Shown here: positions 41,461 through 53,838 of the stretch, piece by piece
Numbering within the stretch: position 1 is the stretch's first letter
How the letters are laid out: every line of letters begins with the position of its first letter
NCBI RefSeq assembly: GCF_006345805.1
Contig: NC_043013.1
Span: forward strand, 30,504,001 to 30,568,000
DNA length: 64,000 nt
From: Octopus sinensis
Taxonomy: Eukaryota
Direction: 5' to 3'
Notes under the pieces: model-generated
Told to the model about the DNA's origin: nothing
The model's database searches: none
Seen by the model: the letters and a program-made list of their open reading frames with translations, nothing else
Made by a program: the position numbers and the translations under genes

Positions 41461-41702
41461 TTTCTTTCTTTCTTTCTCTCTCAATCCCTCACTCTCTACG
41501 CACGCACAATGCACACACATATGTGTATGAATGTATGTATGTAAACACGCACATACAATCATTGACAAGCCGTCACACACACACATATATATGCACAGAG
41601 TAAAAGGATAAGAGAGAGAAAAAGAAAGAGAGAGTAACGTGGAATATATTCATCTTGTCTAGATCTGTATACATGCATATTTACATATATAATGTATGTA
41701 TG

Positions 41703-41829
<127 letters not shown>

Positions 41830-42718
41830 TATATATATGGGGGGGTTGTGTGTTGTGTGTGTGGGTGTGTGTGTGTGAGTGCGTGAGTGTGTGTGTAAAT
41901 ATATATTCAGTTGAACTAAGTCAGTCCGGTATTAGCCGTTCAGCTCGAAGTAGGGTGATTAAAATAAAAATCAGTAACAGGTTTTCAAGTAGTAATGCAT
42001 TACCACCGTTTAAAGCAACCCCATTTAATTGAACACTGCAATCATTACATCAATTTTAAATGCAGTGCTATCTTCAGTTGCACAGATATAGAATTTCAAC
42101 AGACAACATACATTAGCATAATTTTTCTTAAATTTTTTAAAAGTGCATGAGGATGGAAGAAACCCATGCTGTGGCTACTGTAGCAGGAATAGCTAACAGA
42201 ACAGACTACAATTTATATATAGAGTGGCACGGAATACAGTGGGGGTGGGGTCATAGTGTAATAATTCATTTCCAAATATTATTTATTTCCTTATCATTCA
42301 ACTACGATCCGAGACTAGAAGACTGTGTATATTTTGAATAAATAGCAAAAGTGAGTTGACAGCTCATAAATATTTTCAAAGGTACCCCTCCGTTCTCAAG
42401 AAGAAACAAAACAAAGCTTTAGAAGAGAGAATCAATTTAATACCTTAACTTCACTCAATTAATTAACTATTAGGTGGCCTCTATAAAGACCACTCAAACG
42501 ACTTAGATATGGAATATCTGGGAAGTTATACATACTTATTTACTGATTGAAAGTTGTGAATCAGAGGCAGGATAAACAGATCATACATAGATATAATTAA
42601 ATATAAATATACAAGAAAAAGTGTGTATTGATATATGTAGTTGTAATAGTATAAAATATAATGTATAGAGACACATATGCCAAAAGGGGTTTTCTATATA
42701 CATACATATAAATACACA

Positions 42719-42759
<41 letters not shown>

Positions 42760-43321
42760 CACACACACAACCACACACACACACACACACCACACACATA
42801 TATATATCTATATATATATATATATATATAATATACGCATATAAAAATAAACATAAACACACATCTGTATACGCTTATGTAAAAGAGAGTAGTATAATTT
42901 ATTTGGCGTAAACAGAAGTAGCTGAAAATATCAGTTTATGAACATGAAAACTAACAATTTAAGAACCATACTCAGCCACATCGTAGCCTGCATGCGTGCG
43001 AGGATGAGAGGCAACATGCTCAACGCTTCATAGATTGCCATATCAGTATAAGCGAAGGTAAATAGGAATGCAAAAATAACAAAATTAATACAATATATTA
43101 TTTAACGATATAAGGGTAGAACCTAAATAAATACAGGAGAAACATACCAAAATAAGAACTAAAAAAATAACAATTTATAGAAAAATCATAAGAAATACAT
43201 ATTAAGGGACGGCGGGGGTGGGGGGCTAAGAATTAAATGTAGTTAGATACATACGTACACATAAATACTTACACACATAGCCGCATAAACATGAAAACGA
43301 ACATTACACAGTCACACACAC

Positions 43322-43377
<56 letters not shown>

Positions 43378-43399
43378 ATATATATATAATATATATATC

Positions 43400-43604
43400 A
43401 CCTTGATCACCTTAACACGACCAGTCCGTCAGGCCCATTTGACACCGCTGGTCACAGCACGCTGTCCACCCCCCACCCCCGGATCGCGCCTTTCTCAATC
43501 AACGTGATCCCATTCGTTCTCTGGAAACGTTCACTCCACCGTCGTGGAGGTCCTTCGGGTGGTCCTTCGCGCCACGCGGGTACCACTCGACAACTACGGT
43601 GCGT

Positions 43605-43610
<6 letters not shown>
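43400..43610. repeat. GC-rich ~210-bp island between (TA)n tracts, probably a dispersed repeat
   Basis: Sharp compositional boundaries at TA tracts; no second copy in the window. Confidence 0.5.
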
Positions 43611-43672
<62 letters not shown>

Positions 43673-43691
43673 TATATATATATATATATAC

Positions 43692-45200
43692 AATATGTTA
43701 CATTACTCGGTAGTCAAGATAACTCTGAGTTTCAGATGCCGAAGTGGAAATCCACACACCATCTCTTCGGTTATCTGGCTATTTGAAAACGTTATGAAAA
43801 AATACCGTTAAAAATGAAGGGAATTACTCTGTTATAACTCTGCTTTGCCTGCGTACTATACATCTCGCTCGCATTTTTCGTCATAAAAAATTATATAAAT
43901 ATACATAAAAATATATAAAAATATATAAAATCTTCTTGGGACATAACACAGAAAGCATGTTCTATCCGTTTTCTTTAGGGGACCAAAAACGTAACAGAAA
44001 TTTAGTCACATGTGGGCATGATCCGAAAAGCTCTGCCTTGTATTTAGACATGTGGTAGGGTCTAAGCTGCTTTTCCAATAAGCCATCTCTCCATGTCGCA
44101 TAAACCGCACCTTCCGCTGCCGTTAGTATAGGGCTTACATCTGGCCAAAATCTTCCATTGTATGTTATAATCGACACCTTTATCTCTTAAGACCAAATAT
44201 GATTGGATAATTGTGTCGCTTTTCTTTTGTTCCAGTGCCTAAAGCTCAAGTTGTGGTTATTGAACCTGGCCTTGAAATTACCCTCTGTCAGGCCCACGTA
44301 TTTCTTCGTCGAAACGGTGTCTTTAGGTGGTATAGGAGTTTACGGTAGCTTCATATATGATGGTCTTGGACATGCAAGCTCCATTTAGCGGCACAATTCT
44401 TTATTCCTGCATGAACAGCTGTTTTCTTGTGTTTTTTGTATGTTATGATTGATTATGTTTTTTAAAATTGGTAGTTGAACTAAAACTAATTTTTAAATTG
44501 TGTCTATTGAAGAGTTTCCTATAAGCATGGTTAACTGGAAAATGTCTATCTATCAGTGCTAGGAAATTTACCTATATTGAAGGCCACCTCGGGTGAGTAA
44601 GGGGCGTAAACCAGATGACCTTCCTATTTCTATTATTCCTTTTTCCTTATTGTTGGGCTGGTGATAGGTGTATATTATTTTTTTCGCTAAAACCACTATC
44701 TTTTAAAGCTTTATTATAAACTGGGGCAACGCATTGAAGATGTCCTCATTAGATGAGAGGCTAAAAATCCTCTTACTAATATTTTTAACTAATTTTTGAA
44801 TACTATAGGGGGATGGCATGAACCTACATTAAATAACTTAGTCTATCATTGGGCTTCCTACAAGGCTTATAAATATTATTATTAAGATCTAAGGAAACGT
44901 CTAAGAAATTGACACCCGTCAGGTTAGTGTCTATAGTTATACTAAGTCCGAAGTGTTTCATTAACTGGATAATATCCTTCCTAAAACGATCTTGTGCTGG
45001 TCCATTTGTATTAGCTGTTAAGGCGAGGGCATCATCTTTGTAGATGGCGAAATGTACGTTAGGGAATGTCTTACCGAAGGTATCTAGGAGAAGAGTCCAT
45101 TAGATCACAGATGCCTGCCCCATCATATGAACCCATGCTCACATCGAAAGCGCCTCTATTTACATAATATTGAGGTCTCTTTCTTTCTTTTGTTATCTTA
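43692..45200 (-). mobile_element. Penelope-like element (partial RT + GIY-YIG endonuclease + 3' terminal region), degenerate
   Basis: Minus-strand translation with frameshifts: GAFDVSMGSYDGAGICDL...AIYKDDALAL...VNFLDVSLDL; RKVIWFTPPYS; KLFNRHNLKISFS; SCSCRNKELCPLNGAC...IIYEATV...KKYVGLTEGNFKARFNNHNLSF...YNIQWKILARCKPY...RCGLCDME. ORF ends near 43962. Confidence 0.93.
43717..43776 (-). ncRNA. Variant hammerhead-like motif in the PLE 3' terminal region
   Basis: AGATAA-CCGAAGA-GATG..CATC-T-GAAA-CTCAGAG-TTATCT. Core has U4C, and this copy lacks 2 nt at the cleavage junction relative to 51436-51498. Confidence 0.45.
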
Positions 45201-45848
45201 CCGTTTTAATCAATATATATATCTATAATATATGATATATATATATATATATATAGTATATATATATATATATATATATATAATTATATGTATGTATGTA
45301 TAAAAGTTATACACTAAGGGGAAGCCACAGAGTGGGTTTCCCTCATGCTAAAAATGGGAGTTAAATCCCAAACAATGAAGAAGCTATTCTTAATTTAGCA
45401 CGTGGAATGTAGGCCGGTAGAAAAAATTGAGAGAATTCAAAAATGATTAGTCACATCTCTCTGCTCCGAAGTGTCGCCCTTAAAGATTAAATGCATTAAA
45501 TTGATTAATTACTTAATTACTTACTTAATTAATTAGTTAATCGATGCATTAAACATTCTATGGATCATCAACGAGAATCACTATTGACATATAAATGCAA
45601 AAACTCAAATACATACCGCAACAAACAAGACACACTGCATTCTGGATTTTTATATTTATATACCTAGAAATTTAGTTCGAAATGTCCCACATATAAATAT
45701 ATCTATCTATCAATCTATATATCTATCTATCTGTCTATCTATCTATCTATCTAACATAAGAATAACATAAAATCCCAGATATATATTTTGCTCGGTGATA
45801 AATGACACATCATAAGCTCTCTAACACTTTAACACAAAATGTGCACAA

Positions 45849-45922
<74 letters not shown>

Positions 45923-47593
45923 CTGTGTGTGTGTCTGTGTGTTTGTGTAGAATCAGTAGAAAGAATGATACTCTGTTTAGCATAAAATCCCAGAAATTTC
46001 AAAAGTATCAAACGGGAGCAAATATTATTTTATAGAGATCAATATTACTCATTACTTGAATAAATAGTACTTGTTGACGTACCTTCAAATATATCGATTT
46101 CATATTATATTTAAAGCGCCAGTACTGCTGATATGGAGCGCCGATTTCAGGAAGACAGTTTATACATGATATATCACACAATACAGATACTTAGAAAATA
46201 AAAACACTAGAAATATCAAAGTGTCAGAAACACTACGCTTTGACTGCAGCATCGAGAAATCTATCAGCCATTAGAAATTATATAAATTTAGAACTGCGTC
46301 AATGTCAAAGAAATGTATTTTAAATCGTTGCACAAATCAACACTGATTTACTTTAATGTTGTTTGAGAAAGTAATCCTAATAATGCATTACATTGATATT
46401 TAGTCCCCGAGGCTTCACTATAGTTTACGGAATATAATTTTTCGTATATTCGTGACTTCAAAAATCTTCAATATCGAAATGCATTGACATCAATATTTGC
46501 TCTTTGGGGCATAAGCTGAACAGTCTCCATTTAGTATCAGCATAATTTATGGGTGTCCAGTGTTTCAATAAATAACACTGGATATTTCATTCATTGACAG
46601 TCGTCAATTTTACACAACAAAATCATACATACACGTGGGTATACGTATAAATGATTTAACTGTAGTTTAAAGTTAAAATTTAAGATTAATATCAAATATT
46701 TAGGAGTTCGTGGGTACTCTTGTATATCCAGATGGAAACTGTGCGCACATATATCATACTCCAGACTTCATTTGGTTGGATAGGCCACAGAGGACACTAT
46801 TCGCACAAATCCCTACAAATACAAACACACACACATCTAAATATTTATACATATATATATGCGCACACACACAACCACACAGACACATACACAGCTACAC
46901 AACCAAACATACATGCGCACATACATACATACAAACAGGCATACATGCATTCATATAGGGAGAAAGAGAGCGAGAAAGTGAGAGAGATAGAGAGAGAGAG
47001 AGATCCATTCTAGCTAGGTCAAATTTGCGTCATGGTAGACCGAATAACAAAGAGCATTTTTAATGAAATTTGGAGCATTATTCTCTCTCTCATATTTAAT
47101 AATTAATTAAATACTTGCCTTTGAATATATAGATGAAGTGTATCGTTTACTTTAGATCATAAATCGAACGTAATTATTGTTTTCGTACTCATGTTAACAT
47201 TAGCATCCCTTGGATCTCCTATCATTATCATTCTCTTCTCCACATTCAACTATTCTCACCTTCAATTCTGCTGTCCGCAGTGGTTTCCCTACACAAATTA
47301 GATATATATTATAAAAATTTTAAAACACTCCAGTGATAAAAAATACAGAGATAACATGACAAGTTTTGAATATTGGGATCACTATGTGAGGCTCGAATGT
47401 TATCTCCTTCAACGCTGCCGTGAGCACTATATCATTTGTATGATGTGGAAAATATTTCAACATTTTAGGCTAAATGATTTTGGCTTCAAATTTAAAATTT
47501 CCCCAAGGTTTAGTCCCTGTGCCAATGGTCATCAAGAATAATCATGCTCCAGTCAAATCACAACACTAAAACTGTAATATACTTCACCTCCAG

Positions 47594-47627
47594 TGGCCCT
47601 GCTTTCTTGAATAACATGCTAAGACAG
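47594..47627 (+). CDS. Candidate short exon (could also start at 47553 or 47514), product unknown
   Basis: Acceptor cttcacctccag| and strong donor CAG|gtaagc; frame open from 47514 as SLCQWSSRIIMLQSNHNTKTVIYFTSSGPAFLNNMLRQ. Confidence 0.25.
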
Positions 47628-47719
47628 GTAAGCGTAGAATAAGTCCTCATAATATTCAAACTGTTCCTGGACGAATACCTCCAAATTCCAGATAAACCAC
47701 ATAAACCTATATATGTTGC

Positions 47720-48060
47720 TTTGCAAACAACTTGCATATCCAAATGTTACCAGTCGAGAAACCCGCATACCGGAAGCCAGCAAGTGTATGGGGTCATCAG
47801 AAGAGAATGCGCACCTCACGACGGCATCAATGCGCATCGTCCCCACTCAGGGACATGAGGCCCCGCTTGCTAGACCAATTAGTTATCAAATAAAGCTCAA
47901 GTTCTTCTTGCCATCGCTTATCGTCTCTTTTTAACCAAATCCAATGGCTAGCCTTTTCCACTGTAGTTTGGATATCGGCCATAGTGGTATTTACTTTACG
48001 ATGAGTTAGGCCTAACGATAACAACAATAACACTTCACTCGGATGGGCTATGCTGCATCA
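47720..48060 (-). mobile_element. HERO-like (RLE-type) non-LTR retrotransposon 3' end
   Basis: Minus strand LLSLGLTHRKVNTTMADIQTTVEKASHWIWLKRDDKRW resembles the AEKASxWLWLKR C-terminus; followed by a structured 3' UTR. Confidence 0.7.
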
Positions 48061-48286
48061 AAAAATGACTGTAATATGAACTCTAATTTAATATCTTTTC
48101 CATGCGGTGCTAGTTTGTTATTCATTGCCTTCAGCCGTTTCTGATCGAGATTTATCAAATTATCTAACTAGACTAGCTTCCTCTACTTGCATAGATTTGT
48201 GAATATAAAATTTTATTGACTATTGATGCGCATTGATATTGATGTCCGCTTATTTTCCTCCATCTTGAAAATAAGCGGACATGAAC

Positions 48287-48390
48287 AGGCACAGGAGAGG
48301 TAAGTAGCTTGCTTTCCAACAACGTTGTTCCTGGTTTAGTCTCACTGCGTGGCACCTTTAGTAAGTATTTTATACATATATATATACATG

Positions 48391-48434
<44 letters not shown>

Positions 48435-48482
48435 CACACACACTTACGCACACGCACACACACACACACATACTCACACACT

Positions 48483-48518
<36 letters not shown>

Positions 48519-48725
48519 ATATGTACATTTATGTATATGTTTATCCTTTTACCATCGCTTCATTGACAACTGATATTGATATGTTGACACCTCCGTTATC
48601 AAGCGGTTCGGCAAAATAGACCGATAGAATAAGTGTTAGGCTAACAAAGAAAAAATCCTGGGGTCCATGCATTCGACTAAAAGGCGATGCTCCAGCATAA
48701 CCGCAGTCAAATCATTGAAACAAAA
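48287..48725 (+). mobile_element. CORE-like SINE with internal microsatellite, degenerate
   Basis: ggtaagtagcttgc...cactgcgtggcacc, microsatellite, then tail agcggttcggcaaaatagaccgatagaataag. Confidence 0.8.
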
Positions 48726-50539
48726 TAATAACAGAATAGAAAATTACTATTTAGAATCCAAATATGTTGATGTTTTCACAAACTTTAACGATATCGACAC
48801 TGCGAATATTTCTTCTCCGCAATCACTGACATACATAAAAACTGAAACAATGGCACTTAGTAGCATATTCGCATGCGATAAAATATTTATGTCACAGATG
48901 GTTTTGAATGTAGAGAGACATGTCTTCAAAACTTGAATTATTCATGTGTTTCGATAGGTATTTGCCTAAAGAAGCATTCGTATTAAACAATACAGGTTAT
49001 ATTTTTGTCCTCCCTAGAAGAGAAACTAATAAGAATGATGTCTGTCGAATACTAGACCACATAGATGATATCTCATCGTGATTTGAATATAAAAAAAGAA
49101 ACAAAAATGTATACTGTTGGATAGGGTCAACAAAATTTCTTCCCTCTAGTTAAGAATCAAAGGAAACATGGAAATATTCTGCAGAGAACTTGTTCTCTCT
49201 ACTCTGGATATAAAGCTAAAGAAATATGTAAATAGACTACTAGACAGTATTCATATTGTCTTCCCTGGGCATGAATCTAAAGACGCATGAATATGGAATT
49301 ATAGTAATCTAGACAATTTCTATGATCTTGAGTTTAGATGCGAATATATACTTCTATAAGTCTGTAAATTATTCTACGAAAGTCTATCCATTTCAATGTC
49401 AAAGAAAGTTGAATATAGGAAGAAAGATATATTCACATGAATGTTGTCTATTTGGGAAACCTATGCGTTGAGAGTACAAATACTGAAATATTTGATATTG
49501 AAATTAATGGAATCATTCTATTAGTTCGGTGTCTGCAAAGAATGTGTGTGTCCTCACACGCACTCACACACACACACACGCCCACATCCACTTACATGCA
49601 ATTATGCATGCTCGGATACACAGATACATAAGTCCCAAAAGCACTCACTAAAAAATCCATACCGATATATATTAACAGATTTACATATACTATTCCATAC
49701 ATAAAATCATATGTTTGCATATGCCTGTGCACACACACGCACACAATTACACACACACACATTCACACATTTACACGCACTCACACACGCATACCCACGT
49801 ATATATGTGCGTGACTTTGTGTGCTTGCGCTCATGCGTGTGTGTTTGTGTGTGCGTGCTTGCGTGTGTGTCTGCAAAATGAGGTGGAAGAAGCACTACAT
49901 GAATATCAAAGGATGTGTAAAATATAGAGTTGCTTTGAAGTTGTTAAACTTCCAAAATTGTTTCTGCTAGTTTCGCGCCCGATCTTCACACTCAAATGGA
50001 CTTTTTGAACAGTACAAATGTTTGCAAGTTTTTCTACGCAGTATTGTGAATTTAATTTTCTATCGTCTCAAATAAATACGTAGAACTTATCAAATAGGAT
50101 TTTATGTAATTTCGAAGTTATTGGAACCTCGTCGATTCTACGATTGACAACTAACGAAATTTAATAGCATAAAAAAAACACCTTTTTATCGAATAAAAAT
50201 GAATAACGTAACTCACATTTGAGCAAAATAATAGTCATAATAATTACAGAAAAGGAAATTTTAGAGAGCAAGCATTAAAAAAAATATGCGGAATAATAAA
50301 TACAAAAAGTGGAGGACCAGTAAATATTACAAAACATAAATAATTTAATCTAGCACAAAAACGATGAAAGTGTGTTCTTATACTTTTTAATTAACTTTTT
50401 CCACCAGCGTGTCCGTTTATTTTGTGTTTACATCGCTACTCCACAAGTAGGATATTGAATATCTTTTTATATAATTTCCTTATCTAAAGCATGTTTTCTC
50501 ATCGATCCTATATACAAAGTGTCTTTGTGACTGTGTGCT

Positions 50540-50670
<131 letters not shown>

Positions 50671-50820
50671 TGTGTGTGTGTGAGTATATATACATACGTT
50701 TAAATATATATGTATAAGCGAACACACTAGACACAAAATGATATCAAACTCTTTCTGCCATCGCACATTGCTACATTTTATTTATCTTAACATCGTCATT
50801 TCTTTCTCTTCATATTACAG

Positions 50821-51026
50821 TCATACGATTTCACATGTTTCCTCAAATCCCTTTATATTCTCTGAAGAGCAATTAACAATCAGCGAGCAGTCCATCTTAG
50901 ATAATCCTATCCTCTTTACACGGCACATTAATACCACAGATTGCCTGTGTTTACATTATTCATTCGCCTTCAATGACGCTGTCTTCGTAATATTTAAAAA
51001 TGGTTCAGATGTCCTGATTTACACTG
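50821..51026 (+). CDS. Candidate coding exon within the 147-codon non-repetitive ORF 50738-51181; weak resemblance to a MAM-like extracellular domain
   Basis: Strong acceptor tttctttctcttcatattacag|, donor G|gtatgt; only one frame is open (HTISHV...NPILFTRHINTTDCLCLHYSFAFNDAVFVIFKNGSDVLIYT). Domain resemblance is by eye only. Confidence 0.35.
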
Positions 51027-51373
51027 GTATGTGCACAAAGAATTGCTGTTTAAATAGGGACAATTCATTCAAAACATACATACGCAATTTAGTCTATCCA
51101 CTGACGTGTAGGTCTGATTTATGCGTCGCTTGTGCAGTAGAGAGAGTCCAATTGATCATAGATCGGAACCTGGACACATAGACAGGGGATATCTTTGGGT
51201 ATATAGACTGACAGGTCGTTAATAAAATTTAAAAAGCCTCAACAGTATACAAAAGCCCTCACAACCACTCCGTTTCCAAGTGTGTTTTTTCAGCGTAGTA
51301 ATATAGTTGATGTCATACTTAATTTGTTAGTTCCCCATTGTAAGGCTTGAATGTAAATACTTCTATATAAATA

Positions 51374-51415
<42 letters not shown>

Positions 51416-51420
51416 ATAGA

Positions 51421-51526
51421 CGTTTTCAAATAGCCAGATAACCGAAGAGATGGTGTTGTGGATTTCCACTTCGGCATCTGAAACTCAGAGTTTTATCTTG
51501 ACTACCGAGTAATGTAACATATTGTA
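51421..51526 (+). mobile_element. Solo copy of the PLE 3' terminal segment inside a (TA)n tract
   Basis: Reverse complement of 43692-43791 apart from small indels. Confidence 0.9.
51436..51498 (+). ncRNA. Variant hammerhead-like motif (U4C core, U at position 17)
   Basis: AGATAA-CCGAAGA-GATG(..)CATC-T-GAAA-CTCAGAG-TT-TTATCT: 6-bp stem I, near-palindromic stem III AAACTC-A-GAGTTT. Confidence 0.55.
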
Positions 51527-51527
51527 T

Positions 51528-51602
<75 letters not shown>

Positions 51603-51608
51603 ATATAT

Positions 51609-51647
<39 letters not shown>

Positions 51648-52148
51648 TACAAACATTATCTCATCATCTTCATTTTTTCTCTTCATATTACAGACATACG
51701 ATTTCACATTTTCCCTCAATATATATATATATTTGTATGTGTGTGTATAAACGCTAATCAATAAATATATAAATCCTTATAAAGCCCATGGATACACACA
51801 GCAGACGAAGCAAATCCATACACAAACACACACATAAGAGACTTTTTCGCGGACAGCCAAACGATATCAACAACACGAATAACAACGACAGCAGCAGCAG
51901 TGGTGACAGCGATGGCAATAACAACAACAACAGCAATTACCACGATTGCAACACTGTGGGTGTACACACAAACAGAGAGATGCAGGAACTGCATCAGCAA
52001 CAGCATACACGAAAACGGAAAGTGTAGGTGAAGAGGTGACGGGTGTGTGATGAACGATTTCCGGACAATGGACAAATATAAATAAATAGCAATATTAATA
52101 AAAGAGTAAAGAAGAAATATATACAGTGTGTGTTTTATTTGGCAAAAA

Positions 52149-52278
52149 ACGGCTGTGTGGTAAGTAGCTTGCATACCAATCGCATGGTTCCGGGTTCAAT
52201 CCCACTGCGTGGCACTTTCGGCAAGTGTCTTCTTCTATAGCCTCGGGCCTCGGTAGACGGACACTGAAAAAATTCCGT

Positions 52279-52335
<57 letters not shown>

Positions 52336-52442
52336 GTGTGTTTGTGTGTGTGTGTGTGTGTGTATGTTTGCGTTTGTGGATGTGTGTTTACATTCCCGTT
52401 ACTTAGCGGTTCGACAAAAGACCTGATAGAATAAGTACGGTT
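52149..52442 (+). mobile_element. CORE-like SINE with internal microsatellite
   Basis: ggctgtgtggtaagtagcttgc...ggttcaatcccactgcgtggcactttcggcaagtgtcttc. Confidence 0.88.
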
Positions 52443-53316
52443 GATTGAACATGTCCAAGCAATCAATAGTCTGAATGTTTTCTGTCATGTATTTGTAGAG
52501 AATAAACACATGATTAAGTTTATAACCTTTTGTACATTTCCCGCTCCATCTGCGCGCTGGTGACATATTTTGCACCCAATGAGTAAATGTGTTTCGTTAT
52601 ATCAAGGCACTCCAAATTTAATCTGTCTGGTAGGAGAGTGGACAGGAGTTGTTTGTATGTATGACGGTATCGTGTGTATGAGGTTTACGGCAAATAGATT
52701 CGGTATGTATATATATTCAACCGGACGCTCGTTTCTACCGTCCCTGTAGCTCTCGTAGTGTGTAGGTACCCACATATTATTGGAGAGGGCAACATGCCTG
52801 TGTACTCACATACTATGAGGGAATACAACATGTGGGTACCCACATAATACGAAAGAGTACAACATGCCTGGAAGAACTCAGTGTGTGTAGAAGGATATCT
52901 CTTTATACGAAACACCTGAGGTGACACAGATTGCACTGTTTGATGGAACAAAACCAGACGCACAATATCCTACCAGTAAGGGACAGCTGCAGGATGGGTC
53001 GAAACGACCTTCGAGCTATATAAAGATTAGTATCAAATTCATTTCTGTTTCCCCTATGAATTATAAATTAAATGAACATCTGTGGAATTCCTTATGTAGT
53101 TCCAGTGGAAGTTATACCGTAACTAAGGATGATATTAGGTAGCCCAAACGGTGTATGTGATTTAATCGGAATACTACTAGACATATACACAAAGTTTCAA
53201 ATACATATATATATACATATATATATATATAATATACAACTACTATATGTGAATACACATACATACCTGCACCCACACATATATATTTACAGATCCAAGG
53301 AAAGTGAGGTCTTATA

Positions 53317-53383
<67 letters not shown>

Positions 53384-53409
53384 TATTATATATATGTATA
53401 TATATATAT

Positions 53410-53478
<69 letters not shown>

Positions 53479-53522
53479 TAAAAATTCTCTGAGCGAGGTA
53501 TTAACAGTAGCTGCAACACATA

Positions 53523-53787
53523 GTGAAGTATTTTTGCCACTTAAATGTGGCTAACCCCTAAGGGTGGATGCTACTGTAGCGTGTAGTCCCAGGAGGACAC
53601 ATCCTCCAGCTGGCTATTGACACACTTTCTGTATGAAGACGGGAAGGATGGCTTCCCTTTGCAAATACTGATAGGGTACAAAAAGTTTGTCAATAGCCAG
53701 CTGGAGGAGGTGTCCTCCTGGGGTTACAAGCTACAGTAGCATCCACCATTAGGGGTTAGCCACATTTAAGTGGCAAAAATATTTCAC
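53523..53787. mobile_element. Fold-back element with ~100-110-bp inverted arms (MITE-like)
   Basis: Left arm gtgaagtatttttgccacttaaatgtggctaacccc...gctggctattgaca pairs with the right arm with about 6 differences; pairing extends to actttctgta/tacaaaaagt. Confidence 0.9.
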
Positions 53788-53795
53788 GGTATATA

Positions 53796-53838
<43 letters not shown>

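Noticed and set aside
42474-42548. Frame reading GGLYKDHSNDLDMEYL, reminiscent of a glycosyltransferase DxD motif
   Set aside because: Spacing is wrong, there is no usable donor, and no other motifs of the family were found.
52766-52870. Repeat-spacer-like periodicity (CRISPR-like)
   Set aside because: Eukaryotic context, degenerate units, no unique spacers and no cas genes.
52975-53015. CTGCAGGA...GAAAC hammerhead-like words
   Set aside because: Core mismatched; stems II and III cannot be formed.
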